DNA of 64,000 nt. Origin: Nemertoderma westbladi. Lineage: Eukaryota > Animalia > Xenacoelomorpha. The stretch spans positions 47,554-111,553 of the forward strand of contig JAUCBJ010001187.1 of assembly GCA_032718475.1 (NCBI GenBank). Direction: 5' to 3'. Both the position numbers and the translations under genes were made by a program. Positions 63,291 to 64,000 of the stretch are shown in pieces. The notes under the pieces were generated by a model that was not told the DNA's origin, made no database searches, and saw nothing but the letters and a program-made list of their open reading frames with translations. Positions within the stretch are counted from its first letter, which is position 1, and each line of letters begins with the position of its first letter.

Positions 63291-63462
63291 ATATATATAT
63301 ATATATGTGTATATTCCTCGCAGCTTTTAGGCCACTGGTCCCACTGAGAAAGATATGCGGTATGTATAAGAAATAGTTATACATGTATATAGTTGACAAA
63401 GTTTAGCGTCATCTAGCGGGTAACTATGAAATTTTCTATGTTATATACATATATATATATAT
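63291..63462. mobile_element. Possible small insertion bounded by (TA)n tracts
   Basis: Interrupts homology with 60630-60770; (TA)n at both ends; internal tagcgtcatctagcgg motif of a kind common in non-autonomous DNA elements. Confidence 0.35.
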
Positions 63463-63866
63463 TTTGAATGCGCAATTAGGCCATTATTAAATAATTGAAT
63501 AGGGTGCCTATATTACATAGGATGCTTAATAGATTTATTAATGAGGTATTTTGTTTGAATGAAGTTCGTAACCATTGTGTGTTGGTCGTGTTTGTTTGTT
63601 TGGGTGGGGTTGGGAGGGGGGTGGGGGTGTATACATGTAAAAGAATGAGCCGCCAAGGTGTGCTGAGAGATAAGACGAATGGAGGTGTCGACTAGGGCAG
63701 GGATGAATTTATTTACCACTGGTGTTAATCTAAAAACATTTCGTATTGCAATATAGGATATAATTTTTGTAAAATTTTGAAATATTACCGCCCCCTTTAA
63801 TATTTCTAAATGTTCTAAAAATTATAGCACTACAGTAGTGATGCAACGGGAATCTGGCTTCTAATT

Positions 63867-63886
63867 GGGGGGGGGGGGGGGGGGGG
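63867..63886 (+). repeat. Poly-G tract (G20)
   Basis: Directly visible. Confidence 0.95.
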
Positions 63887-64000
63887 CGGAGAATCCTTCA
63901 TAGAAAGCGTCAATTAAATAAGCTTCAAATTGAGATTGAAAATTTATATTACAATTCAAATTAGGTCTACACAACTGCTGAGTGAGTTAAAATATAGGCA

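Overview
Eukaryotic, probably invertebrate, genomic DNA; nothing here supports a prokaryotic origin. The window covers the 3' end of a minus-strand host gene. This gene has four 123-bp phase-1/phase-1 calcium-binding EGF exons (62448-62570, 60850-60972, 17106-17228, 2538-2660) and a terminal exon (1430-2211) encoding two tandem CNTNAP/neurexin-IV-type fibrinogen-like domains. The introns are inflated by repeats. (1) A young 12.3-kb BEL/Pao LTR element (2754-15064; near-identical LTRs; CCATT target-site duplication) keeps an intact long Gag and protease but has lost RT/RNase H and integrase through two frame-preserving deletions. In place of a tRNA primer-binding site it has a 12-nt sequence perfectly complementary to a site in its own LTR, a candidate Tf1-like self-priming arrangement. 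(2) A ~39.6-kb array of ~860 copies of a 46-bp repeat (20521-60150), with nested kb-scale duplications, sits inside a Helentron/HINE-like non-autonomous element; a short sister element without the array lies just upstream. (3) There are fragments of CR1/L2-type LINEs, a Penelope GIY-YIG, a CRE-clade element missed by the ORF track, a tRNA-derived SINE head and MITEs. All identifications come from reading motifs by eye; no database search was run.
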